From Botryllus schlosseri (Eukaryota): a stretch of DNA of 64,000 nt. The notes below the pieces were generated by a model, which worked only from the letters and a program-made list of their open reading frames with translations, searched no databases and was not told the DNA's origin. The stretch lies in assembly GCA_051294905.1 (NCBI GenBank), contig CM119376.1, positions 18,166,001-18,230,000 of the forward strand, in the 5' to 3' direction. This document shows positions 28,401 to 40,400 of the stretch, one piece after another (the stretch's first letter is position 1; every line of letters starts with the position of its first letter). Made by a program: the position numbers and the translations under genes.

Positions 28401-31400
28401 ACAGAATCACAAAAAGCAATGCATAAGCGATGGATACCACATTTCAAATTGAATTAGTAGATTTGCCAACACATAGAAGTTGCTCCATATCAAGTGACCC
28501 ATGGTGAAAATCAGTTTGGCATCCTTGCAATAGAGATGATAGGAATCTTACCGCAATCATATTCGTTACAATCGCGAACCGCCGATTCTTCACCAACGCA
28601 CCCCATGTCGCCAATTTCACCGTTGACACATGATCGTGCACGTTCCTGAAATCGATAGCGATTGAGACACAGCAATTCAACAAAAAATTTGAAATTGGCG
28701 AGTAGACGCTTACTTGAAATCCGCCGTTACATGTAGCGGAGCAAGTGCTCCACGATCCCCACAATCCCCACGACGGACAGGCGCCAGTGTCACACGACAC
28801 GACGTCCTTATCAAGTCCCGAACATCCTGGCTCTCCCGGTGATCCACCGATGCATAATCGGAAACGGTTTTGCATGCCGATGCCGCACGTAACACTGCAC
28901 TGCTCCACAACACTCCACGGGGTCCACGAGCGACATGGCTGAATTACAGAGATGGTCAACGTAGTCAAGCGCTGCCGCTCAATTAGAAGTGCAAGATATA
29001 GTAGATGAAGAAATTTCTAAGTCTTGTCAAAACTGCATCAAGTGCATGTAGATGGTGAAAAGTCTGAAGTATAGTCGAGTAGGGAGTTTCAAAGAGTTAA
29101 TTTGATCAAGGCGTCGCATACTTTTAGAACTTAATAGAAGGTAGCTACTTTCGTAATGAAAAACATAACCTACAGACTAATGCAAATGACTAATGACAAT
29201 ACATATTGGTCTAATTTTTTAAAATATATTCAGCAATCGCAATACCTGGGCTATTTCAAGAAGTTTTATTGACAACATCCCTTATCCCGGTGATGCAAAC
29301 TTATCCAAAATCTACTTTTTAAAATACAAAATGAAAAAATGATAAGTTTTGCCTAAATAACTGTTCAAGTAGAAATGGAAATATTGAAAAACATAACTAC
29401 GCAGGCAAAACCTACTTGAGTACTCCGAAAAAGAAGAAATATTTTGTCACGGATCAAAAGCTGCTAAATTCCTGACACTCTCCAGATCACAGATCGAGAT
29501 ATCATAAGCTACATTTTCCGTACCTCGATGTTACAGTCTTCTTGTTCGTTTACAGCACCGATGCAGCCGACGTCTTCCCTCCACACTCCGTAAAGGCATT
29601 CTCTGCTCCTAGACCTTATACCTCCGTTACATGTGGCGCTGCAACTCGACCATTGAGTCCATTCCACAAAACGAGCTTCGCGATAAAGATACACTTAAAG
29701 AGTCAGGCTTACGCAAATAACTCGATGGTAGACTTACGACATGGTACTCTATTGCATGCTTCAACTTCGCTTTCAAGTCCATCGCAGCCGAGCACGCCGA
29801 TTTCTCCAAAGGAACACGTTCTGCTACGCCTTCGCGTACCATCGCTGCCGCACGTGTATTGGCAGCTGGTCCAAGGATTCCATTGCGTCCATGTTGGACA
29901 CGTCTGTCAGAGATCATATGTTTCATAAAATTTACACCCTAGGAATTCCGACCACACGTCAAAAGATGTAACTGCGTAAAATTCTGTCCGAATGCAAGAC
30001 TTGGCACGTGCTTCTTGTACTATTAGGGACCGGGGAAAAAGAATGGCTTCAAAAGAATCCAGAGCAAATGACACAAAGATTTGCATTTCTACAATCAAAT
30101 TATTGCAAAAGAAAAGAATATTTGCATGTATTTTAGCTTTATAAGTACTGATTTTGCAAAAGGTTCTCAGCCAGTTAACAAAACCAATCTTATTATAGTA
30201 TTTCAAAATCCAGTCAAACTCATACAATCTAGCTAATGTGCCCTGGCATGAGAGACCTGTCGGTCACCATTTACTTTAAAAAAATATATGACCTATTTTA
30301 GTAACCCACGGCAACTCCACAGAACATAGTTAAAATCACTTGTACATACCTGTCCGTTGCAAAATCTCGTTTCATCCACGAGCCCTTGGCACCCCAAGTC
30401 ACCCGCTGCCCCATACAGGCACGTTCTCATTCTCGCTTGCTCTCCACCACCGCACGACACGCTACAGCTGCTCCAACCGCTCCACTCATCGAATCTCGGG
30501 CAGTTTTGCGGATTGCATTCTATCGTTTCTTCGTCTTCATCGAGCGGACAGCCTTCCTGGCCGATCTGCACCGGACATCACACAAGCATTACTATAGCCT
30601 ACCCCCACCAAGCACAACGGGTATCTTACCAAACCATTGACACATGTCCGAACTCGAGTACGTACTCCGCTGCCGCAGGTCACTGTGCAAGTGGAGTACT
30701 CGCCCCAAGCGCCCCATCCGGGGCAATCGAAATCGTTGCAGATGTTTTCGTCCGTGGCTGACCCTTCGCAGCCTGGGTCTCCTTAATTATACGCAGACGC
30801 AGATGAGTCACCATAACAGTCCATATATACAGACATAGGTAGTCAAAGTAGTCAGCAATACTACTCAAGTAGTAGAAGATACACTGTCAATTTTGACTCA
30901 ATTACAAGCAGAAGTAGGGATATAGAAGGAGAGAAAAAGGTAAATATTTGAGACCTAATTTTGTCCAAAAAACTGAAAACTGTGAAGTAGAACTGGACTA
31001 TACCACCTAACAAAGTAGTGCAAGTAACCTACTTGAGTGCAGTAAAAAAGTAGAAGTAATTCGTTACAGACAAGAGGTGATCAAACTGCTCATTGTTGCT
31101 ACTCAAATAGAAGTAGTGATTTGAAGACATGCCAAGAACACTTTGAGTGGAAGTAGAAATTAAAATGACTGAAAAGTACTTAAGTAGTTTCAAAAAATAC
31201 ATTCAGACGAGCGGTGGCACCCTTTTAGCAGGTAATCGGAGGTAGCTACTCTCAACATGGAAAAAATTATATTCGAGAATAACACAAAATGACTAACGGC
31301 ACTACAAATAGGTACAATCTTCGAAGGCATTTCATTCAGTTAATGTGATGCACAGGCTATTTCATGTGGTTCTCATGACCATCTCGCTCATAAAATTTCC

Positions 31401-34400
31401 ACTTGTCAAAATCCAAAGTGAGAAGTAGAGTTACTTCGTTACTGACCACCTCTGATAACAGACACTCATACCTGCCGAGGCCCCGATGCATTCTCGCGAC
31501 CTTATGTGCGTGCCGGTGCCGCACGACTCCGTGCATCTCCCAAATTCGCTCCATTCTGACCAGGCGGCGCAAACACGCTCGTTACAATCGCGAGTTTCGG
31601 TCGGGGGTCCCAGACATCCGTTTTGACCGGCCAGCCCGTAGGTGCACGATCGAATACGGTTCTGCGCACCATAACACTGATGTTTGCATTATTGTAAAAG
31701 CTTAATGTCACGGCTGCGTACCTGAGTTCCGCCGTTACACGGTGCGGTGCACTGGCCCCATTCGCCCCATTGTGTCCAGGACGGGCACGGTTGGGTGTTG
31801 CAGTTTTCTGAAAACGTGGCCGATCCGGCGCAGCTGGATTCCCCTTGCACGCCGAATAAGCAAATGCGGGTTCGCATCCTGGTGCCAGTTCCACATGATT
31901 CGCTACAGACAGTAGGTACAGTTGATATACGAAAGAAACTAAATAAGCTAATTTTTCGAAATTGTGAAATGCAGTCAACAAAAGGCAACAGCAAATTAGG
32001 CCACAATGAGCAGTTTACACTCTTTTACAGTTTACAGCATTTTGATGTTTCGTTATTTCAATATTGGCTGTTGAAATGGGACAAATGTGTAATTTCGAAC
32101 ACATCGATTTTTGCCTTGCTTCAAACCTTTCGAAGCCATAAAACAAAAAAACGCACTATTCAATTGCCCATCCAACGTGACTTATTGCAGATATGCGTTC
32201 TTTGGAAGCGCTCTTCCTTTCAATGGTCCCAATGTTGATGGCAAAAACGTTCTAGCACATTGCCAACCGGCTTCGTGCAACAGAAAACGTACCTGCATTC
32301 AGAGTAAGCCTCCCATTCGCCCCAAGTGGGACACGGAATGACTGTATCTGGATCGCATTCCTTCCTTTCCAACAATGGTCCGATGCAACCGGGCATGCCC
32401 CTTGTTCCAAACCGGCATTCTCGCATCCGGGTGACCGTGCCCTCGCCGCACGATCTCGAGCAGGTCGACCACGGAGCCCAATCGGACCAGCTTTCGCATT
32501 CCTGTAAAGTATTCCTGTGAATCATCTTTTTTTCAGCAAATTCGCCGCGCGCCATCTCTGTCCTTGCGAGACTTTCCCAAGCTCTTGAGATGCTTCAAAG
32601 TCTTCTGTTTCAGCCGCGAGCCTGAACCTGTCCCTAACCACACCGAGCACCTACTAAACCAGGCCTAAGGCAAACTTACGCCAGCGTTACACTGTTCCAC
32701 CATCTCGGCCGATCCTAAGCATCCTTCGCTGACGCCGGCAATTCCGCCGACGCATTCTCGTCTGCTCTCAACGACGCCAACGCCGCAAGTAACGCTGCAT
32801 TTTGATTCGACCCAAGGCCCCCATTCGGAGCAGGCCTCCTCGTTACACGTTTCCAACTGCTGTGTATTGCCCCGGCACGCTCCCACTCCAGGCACGCCGA
32901 CTGCGAAACAGGGGCGTTTAGTAACCAAGTAGTTCTACTCTTTCGGGGGTTTTCAGAATACGTTTTTGCCTACTTAACTAGTCAGCCTTCGAGATTACTG
33001 GAACTTGATCCGACATATGAACCTCGTCTATCGACACGTGCATCATTTCTTTTGATCACTAGTCGTTTTATGTTATCCCTTAGTTCCTTCCATCCAGAGT
33101 GGTGCATGCCTCGGTTTTATATCGCCTAGCCCCAGGTGGGTGTCTGATTTCAAAGACTACTTCAAGTCGCTTCGACACTTTCCTATCTTTTCATTGTATT
33201 GCAGTCTTGTGGTGTTTTGAAAAGATGAAAATATCATTCAACTGATACTGGAACTACTCCCACTTTTAAGTTTTTGCAAACTGAATTACCTACTTTTTAC
33301 ACTTCAGATTTTGAGAAGTAGAAAGTAGTTTTTTTGATATGTTTGCATATATTTTATGAGTGAAATCGCCATAAAACAGCATGGAGTAGTCCCGGATCAC
33401 AGTAACTCAAATCTATTTCCGAATATTCTACCCATTTGTGGTGTCATCAATCAATCATTTTGCATTGGTCGTGAATTGCAATCTTCAAAGAATCCCGCTC
33501 TGATTCACTGCTAAAACCATGCGATATGCAACCCCTCGGCTAAATCTACTGTTTCGATTTGTAATCTTGGTAATTTTGGAATATCTACTTGTAATTGCAA
33601 TTATTAGCTTCTATTCTACTTCAACTTGAGTAGCAAGCTGAATACTTTGACCACCACAGTGCTAAATCGTTAAAAAATAAAAATCTCAACACCGCATACA
33701 TAGGCAAGTCCTGGTCCTGGTCGTGACGCCTCCGCCACATGGCGCGGAGCAGGTGGTCCACGAGTCCCATTCGCTCCATGATTCGCATGGAGTCGTGTTA
33801 CAGTCTTTGCTGTCCAGGCTTCGGCCTTCGCATCCCGTTTGGCCGATTTGTCCGTTCAAGCAGGTACGCGTTCTCGTAGTGGCACCCGTGCCACACGTTC
33901 TATCGCACTGTGTATAATCAGACCAGGAGCTCCAGGTAGGGCACGATAGGGTGTTGCAAGACGACTCCTACAATGATACCAAAATAAGCTTTGTAAATAC
34001 ATCGGACCGGAATGCTACTTACTTCCGAGCTTCGTCCCATGCAACCCGGACCGCCAACTTCGCCGCCGATGCATCTGCGGACGCGTTTCGCAACCCCGGT
34101 GCCGCACTCTTGTGAGCATTGAGACCACGACTCCCACTCTCCCCACGTGGAGCATTCTTGATTGTTGCACATTACAGATTCAGAACTTGGGCCCACGCAC
34201 TGTGTCCCGCCGATGCACGTTCTGAAATTGATAACTGTGCATGAGGCTCGCGTAAAGATTGATCGTGGCCACACGCCAGAGGTGGGTGTTAGGACTGGCT
34301 TTTGACTTCAAGACTAGCTGGGTTCACGCTCGACTTCGGATATTGATTCAGGCTTAAATTGAGCAGAATACCAACCTAATTCATCAACGATATAAAATTA

Positions 34401-37400
34401 GTATGTCTTTTCGGGCTCAGATAGAGTTCAAATCAGACTGCAATACCGGCCTTTGGGTTCGCACTGATACCAGGTTCGTAATCGGGTGCAATGTACACGG
34501 CATTATCCCACATTTAATACACACACACTCATTATGCATGACATCTCTACCCAAATGCGCTACGCTCTAATTCATGCACCCACAGATACTACTCGCAATA
34601 TCCCGTATAGCAGAAACAGCAAGATCATGCAAAATCAAACCAGACTAACAAACACACATTGGACTGAAAGCAACATATACCGAGGAATCAATGATTTCCA
34701 GCCATTCAAAATGCATATTCTTCTCAAAACCATTATGTTGGAAAATGGGCCTTGATTTGAGGACTTCGAAAATTTCTGTGTGAGTGGTTGCGTGTTGACT
34801 GTTGATTTATACCCACACCAAGCAGCAATTTGGATGGGTCCTCACGATTATTACATAGGGCAATATCCGTTTACGACTGTTGTCACTAATATTTCGAAAT
34901 TCTACCACAATAACCAGGGGCACAATGCACAATCAGACAATCCCGCTCGTACATACCGCTGTGCTCATATATATTGGCTCTATGTCAAATAACACGATTT
35001 ACAATTTACAAGATGTTACAACCACACCACGGTGCACTTGCAATACTACAATATACAATTGAATAATACATTTATTGAAATAAATCCGGATATGTCTGGC
35101 CGACACTAGTCAATGGTAATTGTCAGTAGTAGAGAATTTTAAAGAACATTACAATAGCACGCTGAATCACCTCGTTCTTGTTTGTCTTCCACCACCGCAC
35201 GTTTGCGAGCACTGGCCGTACGGAGACCATTCCCCATAATACGAACATACTTTAACAGCTGCCGTACATTCCTGCATCATCTCCGCACCAGACGCAGGGC
35301 TACATCCGGGGTCACCAATGTTGCCGAAATTGCATCGACGAGTACGGCGAATAATACCTTATGAAGGACGGCAATTTATTAGAATCCGCTGACACACGCT
35401 GATTAACGATAGATTATCACCTTTTCCACACGTAACGGAGCAAGAAGCCCAGTTCTCCCACGGGCCCCAGGATATCGTAATACATTCGGGTACAGCAGCA
35501 CGGCATTGCATCGTATCCTGTTCTGCACCTATACAATTTCCTTGGCCAGCTATCCCGCCAATGCAGGTCCTGTGAAGTTACGCATGTAAGGATATACAGA
35601 TGTAGCACACGACTATAGATTTCTACTCAAACCATGCATGCTAATTATCTACAGTCTACGTAAAAAGTTTGCATGCAAAGAGTTAGTATTGTCGACGATC
35701 TTTCTTCTGAGTTTCTTTCCAGCAAACTGGGTTAGTAGCAGCAGCGTTGTCAAAATTTTCCGCTACCTCCGTTTTAAAATCAACCCTACGCCGCAGGTAA
35801 CAGAGCACCGCGATTCGGCCCAGGTAGACCAGCCATCGCATGGCACGCCGGTGCGGCATGACATTGTCATTACGGGTTGTCCGTCGCACTGGCCTATTGC
35901 GACTTCACCTGAGCTCTTTAAGCAACGTCTGTAGTGAGAAAAACACACCAATCAGCAAGTTACACGAGATCACATTACATTTTTTCAAACCTGAATCGTG
36001 ACATTGTGCCAGAACCACACGTCTCACTACAATCACTCCATTCGCTCCATTGGGACCATTTTATTTCGTCGCATTCTTCTGTCCCAATTCTTGAGCCAGG
36101 GCAGCCAGGACTGCCGGGGTTGCCGCCAGTGCACACCCTGCAATACGTTTAACAATGTCACTAAAATAGTTGGACAACACAAGCAATACTATATACATAA
36201 CAATAAAAGCTGTTTCTACCGAGTAATTACCTTGCGATTGAGCCAAATTTGACGTACAGCCTTTTTTAGGCAACCTAACAATTTTATCAGTGAATCTCAG
36301 AAATCCGGAAAAAAGTCATTCTTGAACAATCCTACCACATGCCCTACAACAGTGGTTCCCGAAGTTGGTGATATTGCCCCCGGAGAGCGGGGGAAAATAA
36401 CAAAGGTATGCTGGGGGTGAAAACATTTGAAGGGGAAATAGGGGGCAAAATGTTAGAACGTTCAGTCAATTTGATTTCCAGTCTGGTTTCTGGCAGAGTT
36501 CAATGTATAATCGATGGATGTTGATAGAAAAGGGACTCAATGCTCGACTCATCCCGGCCCGCAAAATGTGAAAAGGTTTGAATCGTGGAAACTTGCTTCA
36601 CATTAAACCAATTGAAATTGCTTATGAATTCTGTCAGCTTCGAAGCAACATGCTGTTGAAGTGAATCCAAATACTACATTTCACTCGCCAATAATAAGTA
36701 GGCAAAAAAGTAGAAGTACCATACTATTTGAGCAACGAAACAAATGGCTAAAATCTTCTTGAGTATTGCAGAAAAGTAAAAGTACTTCGTTACTGATTGG
36801 CAATATAGATATGTTGAGCTTGGTAAGGGGGAGATGACTCAAAAAGTTTGGGAACCACTCTAGATCAAGGTGGGTGCCTGATTGAAAGACTAATCCAATT
36901 CGTTTCGACATCTTCCTATCTTTTCATTCCAACCCAATCTTGTTGTTTCGAAGCGATGAAAATACCAATAAATGACCGAGAAAGAAACAGGAAATGCGAA
37001 CCTTGTTCTATATCTTCGTCCCGACAAAGCAGGAAGAGAGCACGCAGACCACATCCCCCAAGGCTCCCATCTGCCGCACGGTGTAAGATTACACGAAATC
37101 TCATCATTAGCCGAACCCTGACATCCAGCCTGACCGGCCGTACCACCGATGCATGCCCGGACCCGTTTAATTTTTCCGCCTCCGCACTCTTTGGAGCATT
37201 CGCCAGTCTGAGTCCATTGACCCCACTGGATTACCACGCAAAATGGATTTGGCGCCGTGCAAGGCACAGTCTGCCGAAACAGACCCTGACAGCCCCGGTC
37301 GCCGGGAAATCCACCCTGGCACTCCCGCGTACGTAGCCGCTCTCCAGAGCCGCACGTCACGCTACAGTCTCCGTATTCAGTCCAACCACTCCAGTAGCTG

Positions 37401-40400
37401 CACGGCAACGTGTTGCACGGTACCGTGCCGGACTTGGCTCCTACGCAATTTCCACCGAAGCACGTCCTGGTCCGGGTCACCCTGCCACTGTCGCAAGTCG
37501 CGGTGCACGTGCCCACGTTGGTCCACGAAGACCAAGAGTCACAAGCGCCAGTGTTGCAGTCTTCGAACATGGTGGCTTCTCCGGCACAGCCAGGTTGCCC
37601 GGGTCTTCCCCCGTTGCAAGTTCTGTAACAAAACAGGTCCTACTGTTGATTGCACCGTAATCGGGCACCGACCGACTGACCAAAGTGACACTTTGTCAAT
37701 AATGCCGAACCACAAGTGTGATAGGATCTACGGTATTTTGACGGCTGTCTGACAATAGTCAGGCATGTCCAGCGTCCACATTCCAGTTGAAATAAAAGCA
37801 GTTTCTACTGAATAAATACCGGTCAGCCAGTGCGTACCTTTTCACCCAGTGTGTATGCCTCATATTTACATTCTCTAGGTCAAGATGTGTGTGTCTGATT
37901 AACAGACTACTACAAGTCGCTACTACACCCTCCCAAATCAACTTTGACAATGAATTCCCGTGTAAGCTTGTGTCTCGATCATACGTTTGCCCAAGTAGAT
38001 TTAGAATTGTACAAAATAGATCAAACTTTAGCTTTAGCAATTTTACGACTTTTGACAATTCTGTAACTAGAATTTTCCACCGTTACCTATCACTTAGCAT
38101 TTCGTGATCAAGATACACCACCATCGAGAAACACGTGATATTACGTATTAGATACACGAATCTTTAACAGCCGAATTTTCAGGACATTACCTGGAGCGTC
38201 GTCTGGTACCGCCTCCACAGGGTCTCGTACAAGCACCGTACTGTCCCCATTGACCCCAGCCGATGCAGATTTGTGTGTTGCAATCTACCGTGACTCTAGC
38301 CAGACCAGGACAACCAGATCCACCTTGCACACCGCCTCTACAAACTCTGCGATAAAAGATACATGCATTCGTTACATTGTCCGTAATATAATGTCGTGTC
38401 CCAGTCATACCTCGCTCTGGTCAAGGTTCCGCCGCCGCAGCTAGCGGTACACGCTTGGAACACGGACCATTCACTCCACACTCCTACTGGGCATGGCTGT
38501 AGAGTGCAGCTTCTAGTTTGCTCCGAGTCGCCAGGACAACTGTCGCCTCCAACGCAAGACCTGCATGGCGGAGTCGCTTTCAGTCACTAGTCGCGTTGTC
38601 CATGGGTTAGTACTTTTCTTTAGTGAGTTCGAATGCATGATAGCGTTCCAGCATGAATTTGCGTAGCGGACTCTTGTTAGCTCAAATTTCCTTTCGATTT
38701 TCATCCAGCAAGCTTGATCTTGTTACGCGTTAACATTCATGCAGGTGTCGTTAGTGTGTTACGAAGGTCTCTTTATTGTCTCCGTTGTGAAGTTACAATT
38801 GCGGTTGAGGCATTCGACTTCAAAGCTTCCGAATGCCCAATATCATATTTTCGTTGATTCAAATGTCACACTAGTCCCACTAAGCATGCAGATAGTTACA
38901 TATGAATAACACCAATGTAGTGTAACGAGTCGGGTAAAAGCAGCAATACATTTCCACAAAAGAAACGACAATCAAGTCATCTCTATGCATCACACTCACC
39001 ACATGCTGACTATAAAACGCTCTAAAAATGCTACAAAAAATGTTAAATAGCTCGAAGCTACCACGCACACCCTTCACCGATAACTCACCTTTTCCTACTA
39101 TAAAACCCGCTACCGCATGTCACACTGCACTCTCCGAACCCGCCCCAATCGGACCAAGCCGGACAGGGCTTCGAACACGATTTTTCCTGCCGTCCCAACC
39201 CTGGGCAAGAAGCGGCAGGCTTACCGCCACTCTGGCACACACGGACCCGCGACACGCGCCCAGCGCCACACGACACAGGACAAGCCGACCACTGATTCCA
39301 GCTTGTCCAAACGGCGACCACGCACGGTCCCTCATTGCAGTCAGTGGTCTGAACGATAATGTTGCAAAATCGAACATTAACATGCAAACGACGGACTATT
39401 ACCTGTGTCGCTTCGCCAATGCATCCTCCTTGTCCTGGCAGACCGCCCATGCAGCCCCTTATACGCGTCCAGCGTCCTTGTCCACACGATCTGCTGCACT
39501 GCGACCAGCCGCTCCATTTCAACCAGTATGCCATACCTGCAATATTGAATCTGATAGCACTTCATAAATTAAACAGAAGACGGACAATACTTGTCTTGGT
39601 TGTGGGCGGTGTGGTTGGTCGGAGTGTCGTAGTCGTTCTAGTGGGACCGGTACATCCAACTGAAAAAAAATAAAAGATGAAAAAAATGAAAATGAAAATA
39701 AAGAGGTTCAGAAATTAGACACCAACACTTCTCACAGTTGTGCTACTATCGACTCCAGATTAAGAATAAGAACAAAGAGCAAGTAAATGTATCCATCAGG
39801 GTTGTAACGACTTGACTCGAGTCCGACTCGAGTCACGATTTTCTGATGACTCGACTTGACTCGAGTCGTTTCCTAAAATACGGAAATGACTCGACTTGAG
39901 TCAATCTGTGTATTGACTCGACTTGGACTCGAGTCATTGCGCACGACTCGAATCAAGTCATATGACTCGAGACAGCCAAGACCGACATTTCGTTGTAATT
40001 TCGAAGAATAGTGAAGTAACCACACTATTGGGATTTCCTCTATTGGTACTAGTATAGGGTTGCCATACGTCCGGAATTTCCCGGACATGTCCGGAATTTC
40101 TTTGTTCAAACTAGCGTCCGGGAGGAATTTCTAAAATATGCCAAATGTCCGGAATTTTGACGTATGCTCATATTTTTTTCGTAAATCAGCGTAAAAACAA
40201 TATTGTTTGAGAATATTTATGCTGATGTATCGTATTTTCTTCGCGCTGCGCGCGATTTACTATCACATTTATTGATTTTAATATGGAGACTATACCACCC
40301 TCGCAAAAACTGCCATAAAATATAAATAAAAACGACCTTCATTTACTGGAATAAGTCAAATTGAAATCGCAATTATAGGAGAACGGTATATTCCCAGAGA

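Noticed and set aside
633-39673. Numerous 60-180-aa plus-strand and off-frame ORFs in the track
   Set aside because: They are antisense or alternate-frame shadows of GC-richer TSR exons (the Pro/His/Gln-rich 'PPPH' pattern is the reverse of CGGG) and have no independent coding signal.
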